Assembly (NCBI GenBank): GCA_963736325.1
Contig: CAVTOG010000002.1
Span: 98,741 to 162,740, forward strand
DNA: 64,000 nt
Direction: 5' to 3'
From: an uncultured Actinomycetota bacterium
Lineage (GTDB): Bacteria > Actinomycetota > Actinomycetes > Streptosporangiales > Streptosporangiaceae
Each line of letters opens with the position of its first letter. The stretch's first letter is position 1. The notes below the pieces were generated by a model, which searched no databases, had not been told where the DNA came from, and was given only the letters and a program-made list of their open reading frames with translations. Below, in pieces: positions 61,847 to 64,000 of the stretch. Made by a program: the position numbers and the translations under genes.

Positions 61847-62346
61847 GAACGGCGGTTCAGCAGGTCGTCGACGAGCTTGCCGAAGCGGGCCACGGACTTG
61901 GCGACGTCGCCGTCGTCGGGGCTCACGGCGAAGTCGGCCGGGTCGGACAGGGCGTGGTCGAGAAGCGCGCGGAAGGCCTCCTCGTCGCCGGCGGAGCTGA
62001 TGAGGCCCTTGGCCGCCATGCGGGCGCAGAAGCGCTCCTGGTGGTCGTCGACGTGCTCGCCGAGCGCCGGCGAGCGTGGGACGACGATCGGGCGCAGGCC
62101 GTGGCGGCGGCTCTCGGTGATGGTCGTCGGGCCGCCGTGGGAGACGACGACGGCGGCGTCGTTCAGCAGGTCGGTGAGCGCGCCGTGGTCGAGGTAGGCG
62201 ACGCCCTCGGCGCGCCGCGGCGGCGCGGAGGTGCCGTGCTGGACCACGCACTTGACGCCGTCGGGGAGCCACGCGTCGACCCAGCCGACGAGCCGGTCGA
62301 ACGGGTGGTGGTCGGTGCCGACCGAGACGAAGACGAGCGAGCTCAA
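61843..62346 (-). CDS. PssE/CpsG/Alg13-like glycosyltransferase catalytic subunit (GT28 C-terminal)
   Basis: FVSVGTDHHPFDRL, VVSHGGPTT and PR...GEHVDDHQ; TTG start overlaps the upstream gene. Confidence 0.88.
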   Translation of the reverse strand: MSSLVFVSVGTDHHPFDRLVGWVDAWLPDGVKCVVQHGTSAPPRRAEGVAYLDHGALTDLLNDAAVVVSHGGPTTITESRRHGLRPIVVPRSPALGEHVDDHQERFCARMAAKGLISSAGDEEAFRALLDHALSDPADFAVSPDDGDVAKSVARFGKLVDDLLNRRS

Positions 62347-62807
62347 AGAAGGCTCCCGATGACCTGGGCGCGCGGGTAGAAGCGCGTCTGCTCCTCCCAC
62401 TGCACGCAGAACAGGTCGGTGATGGGGCGGCACAGGCGGCCGGTCAGCGTCGGCGAGTCGAGCCGGTCGTACACCTCGATGTAGACGGTCGGCACCCGCA
62501 TGACCTTGGCGACGATGAAGAAGGGGAACGCGACGGCCGCGCCGGTGGAGACGACGACGTCGGGCCGTTCGCGGCGCATGACGCGGACGGCCAGCGTGAA
62601 ATTACGCACAAGATTTCGTACGTTGCGGGTCGTCGGATGGTAAGCCCACACGGCGTCCTCGGCGTCGAGCTGCGAGCGCGCGTCTTCGGTGCCGAAGGTC
62701 ACCCAAGTGCGCTTGCGCTCCCGCCACCAGGGGCGCAGCGCCAGGAGCTGGGCGAGATGGCCTCCGCTTGAGGCGACGAGGAGCGCGTGCTCCCGGGCTT
62801 CGGGCAT
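62343..62807 (-). CDS. PssD/CpsF/Alg14-like glycosyltransferase partner subunit
   Basis: ASSGGHLAQL, PDVVVSTGAAVA, YIEV..R..PTLTG and VQWEEQ. Confidence 0.9.
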   Translation of the reverse strand: MPEAREHALLVASSGGHLAQLLALRPWWRERKRTWVTFGTEDARSQLDAEDAVWAYHPTTRNVRNLVRNFTLAVRVMRRERPDVVVSTGAAVAFPFFIVAKVMRVPTVYIEVYDRLDSPTLTGRLCRPITDLFCVQWEEQTRFYPRAQVIGSLL

Positions 62808-62918
62808 GCCGATCAATCTAAACGGAAAGCCAAGAGGGGACTACCGGTTTGGCAAGTGAGGATAGTGTCGTGCCGAGCGCATGACCCTGGGAAGGGTGTA
62901 AGTCGAGGGAGAGCAGGC

Positions 62919-64000
62919 ATGGCGGCTGACCAGGATCCGCAGGGCCGGTTGACGGGGGTGGCCAGACGCCATCTCAAGCTCGTCTTCTCCCTCGCCGCGG
63001 CGGCGATGGTGGTGGGGATCGCGGCGGGCCTGCTGTTGCCCGCCAGCGCCAAGGCGACCGCCACCGTGCTCATCAGCCCCCTCGACGGCAACCCCTACTC
63101 CCCCAACGGCCGCGGCGACGACCTGACCAACCTCCAGTCCGAGGCCCAGCTGGTCACGGCCGACGCGGTCCAGCAGGTCGTACGGCAGAAGCTGCACAGC
63201 GCGGACCGTACGCGGGTCTCGGTGACGGTCCCGCCGAACACCCAGGTCCTCCTGATCTCCTACACCGGCGCCGGCTCGACGGCGGCCCGCGACGGCGCCC
63301 AGGCGTTCGCCAACGGCTACCTCGACTACCGCAAGCAGCGGGCGCAGAGCGTCCTCGACGAGCGGGCGCGCAAGCTGCGCGACCAGGAGAAGCGGATCCA
63401 GCAGCAGCTGACGGCGACCAACACCCGTATGTCGACGGCGCCCGCCAGCCAGAAGGGCTTCCTGCGGCAGCGCATCTCCGCGTACAACAACCAGCTCGGT
63501 GTCATCGACGAGCAGAACAACGACATCGCCGCCACCCCGGTGAACGCGGGTTCGGTCATCACGCCGGCCCAGCCGCCCGCGGCCTCGCTCACGACGCGTA
63601 GCGCGATGTTCGGCGGCGCGGGACTCGCGGTCGGCCTGTTCGCCAGCGTCCTCATCGCGCTCGCCCTCGAACGCTCCGACCGGCGCCTGCGCGACCTGCG
63701 GGCCGTCCAGCGGCTCGGCGTCCCGGTGCTCAGCACCGTTCCCTCCGGCGGCGGCCTGGTCCTGGTGACCGCGCCGAAGAGCAAGGCCGGCGAGGCGTAC
63801 CGGCGGCTGCGCGCCGCGGTCGTGGCCTCGGTGCAGGAGCGCCCGGTCACGCTGCTCGTGACGAGCGCGACTCCGGCGGCCTCGGCCACGCTGACCAGCT
63901 CCAACCTGGCGGTCGCGCTCGCGCACGCCGGGTCCGCCACGATCATGGTGGACGCGAGCTTCTCCGAGACCAGCCCGTCGGCGCTGTTCGGCCTGGGCCA
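62919..64000 (+). CDS. Wzc-like chain-length regulator/pseudokinase; partial, runs off the window
   Basis: Not in the ORF track because it has no stop in the window. MAADQD..., TM helix, LQSEAQLV, NTQVLLISY, coiled coil, second TM helix, LGVPVL, EAYRRLR and VTSATPAASATLTSSNLA (degenerate Walker A). Confidence 0.8.
   Translation, partial: MAADQDPQGRLTGVARRHLKLVFSLAAAAMVVGIAAGLLLPASAKATATVLISPLDGNPYSPNGRGDDLTNLQSEAQLVTADAVQQVVRQKLHSADRTRVSVTVPPNTQVLLISYTGAGSTAARDGAQAFANGYLDYRKQRAQSVLDERARKLRDQEKRIQQQLTATNTRMSTAPASQKGFLRQRISAYNNQLGVIDEQNNDIAATPVNAGSVITPAQPPAASLTTRSAMFGGAGLAVGLFASVLIALALERSDRRLRDLRAVQRLGVPVLSTVPSGGGLVLVTAPKSKAGEAYRRLRAAVVASVQERPVTLLVTSATPAASATLTSSNLAVALAHAGSATIMVDASFSETSPSALFGLG

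Overview
High-GC (about 70%) actinobacterial chromosomal segment. Gene content and order suggest a filamentous actinomycete, possibly Streptosporangiales (inference only). Positions 1 to about 46 kb are the conserved actinobacterial mca-greA-ilvA-metB-cbs-thiolase-tRNA-Leu(UAA)-ndh-ppx-DUF501-ftsB-eno-mazG-surA-mfd backbone. Inserted into it are hppD/Lrp, two tandem M1 peptidases, a FIST-ROK pair, a chelatase-like AAA+/VWA pair, an MMPL exporter, a sulfonate-type ABC transporter, a SoxR-type promoter-driven oxidoreductase fused by an apparent deletion to a truncated GNAT gene, and two tandem class A PBPs. From about 46.2 kb to the right edge is an accessory locus that looks like a pathway for a sulfated (possibly also phosphorylated or methylated) surface glycan. 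It encodes a methyltransferase, an APS kinase fused to a degenerate ATP-sulfurylase, TauE, a PAP2 protein, two paralogous secreted beta-propeller proteins (one with a PKD domain), a GH26-like lipoprotein, a Wzy/O-antigen-ligase protein, an APH-like kinase, a PAPS sulfotransferase, two Wzz/Wzc-like pseudokinases, GT2 and PssD/PssE. It runs off the window and is the best candidate for an undescribed system. The bldA-syntenic tRNA-Leu(UAA) is also unusual: C33 instead of U33, a short variable loop, and a -10 box 6 nt from its 5' end. No transposases, integrases, rRNA genes or CRISPR arrays were seen. All family calls come from motif recognition by eye; no database searches were run.
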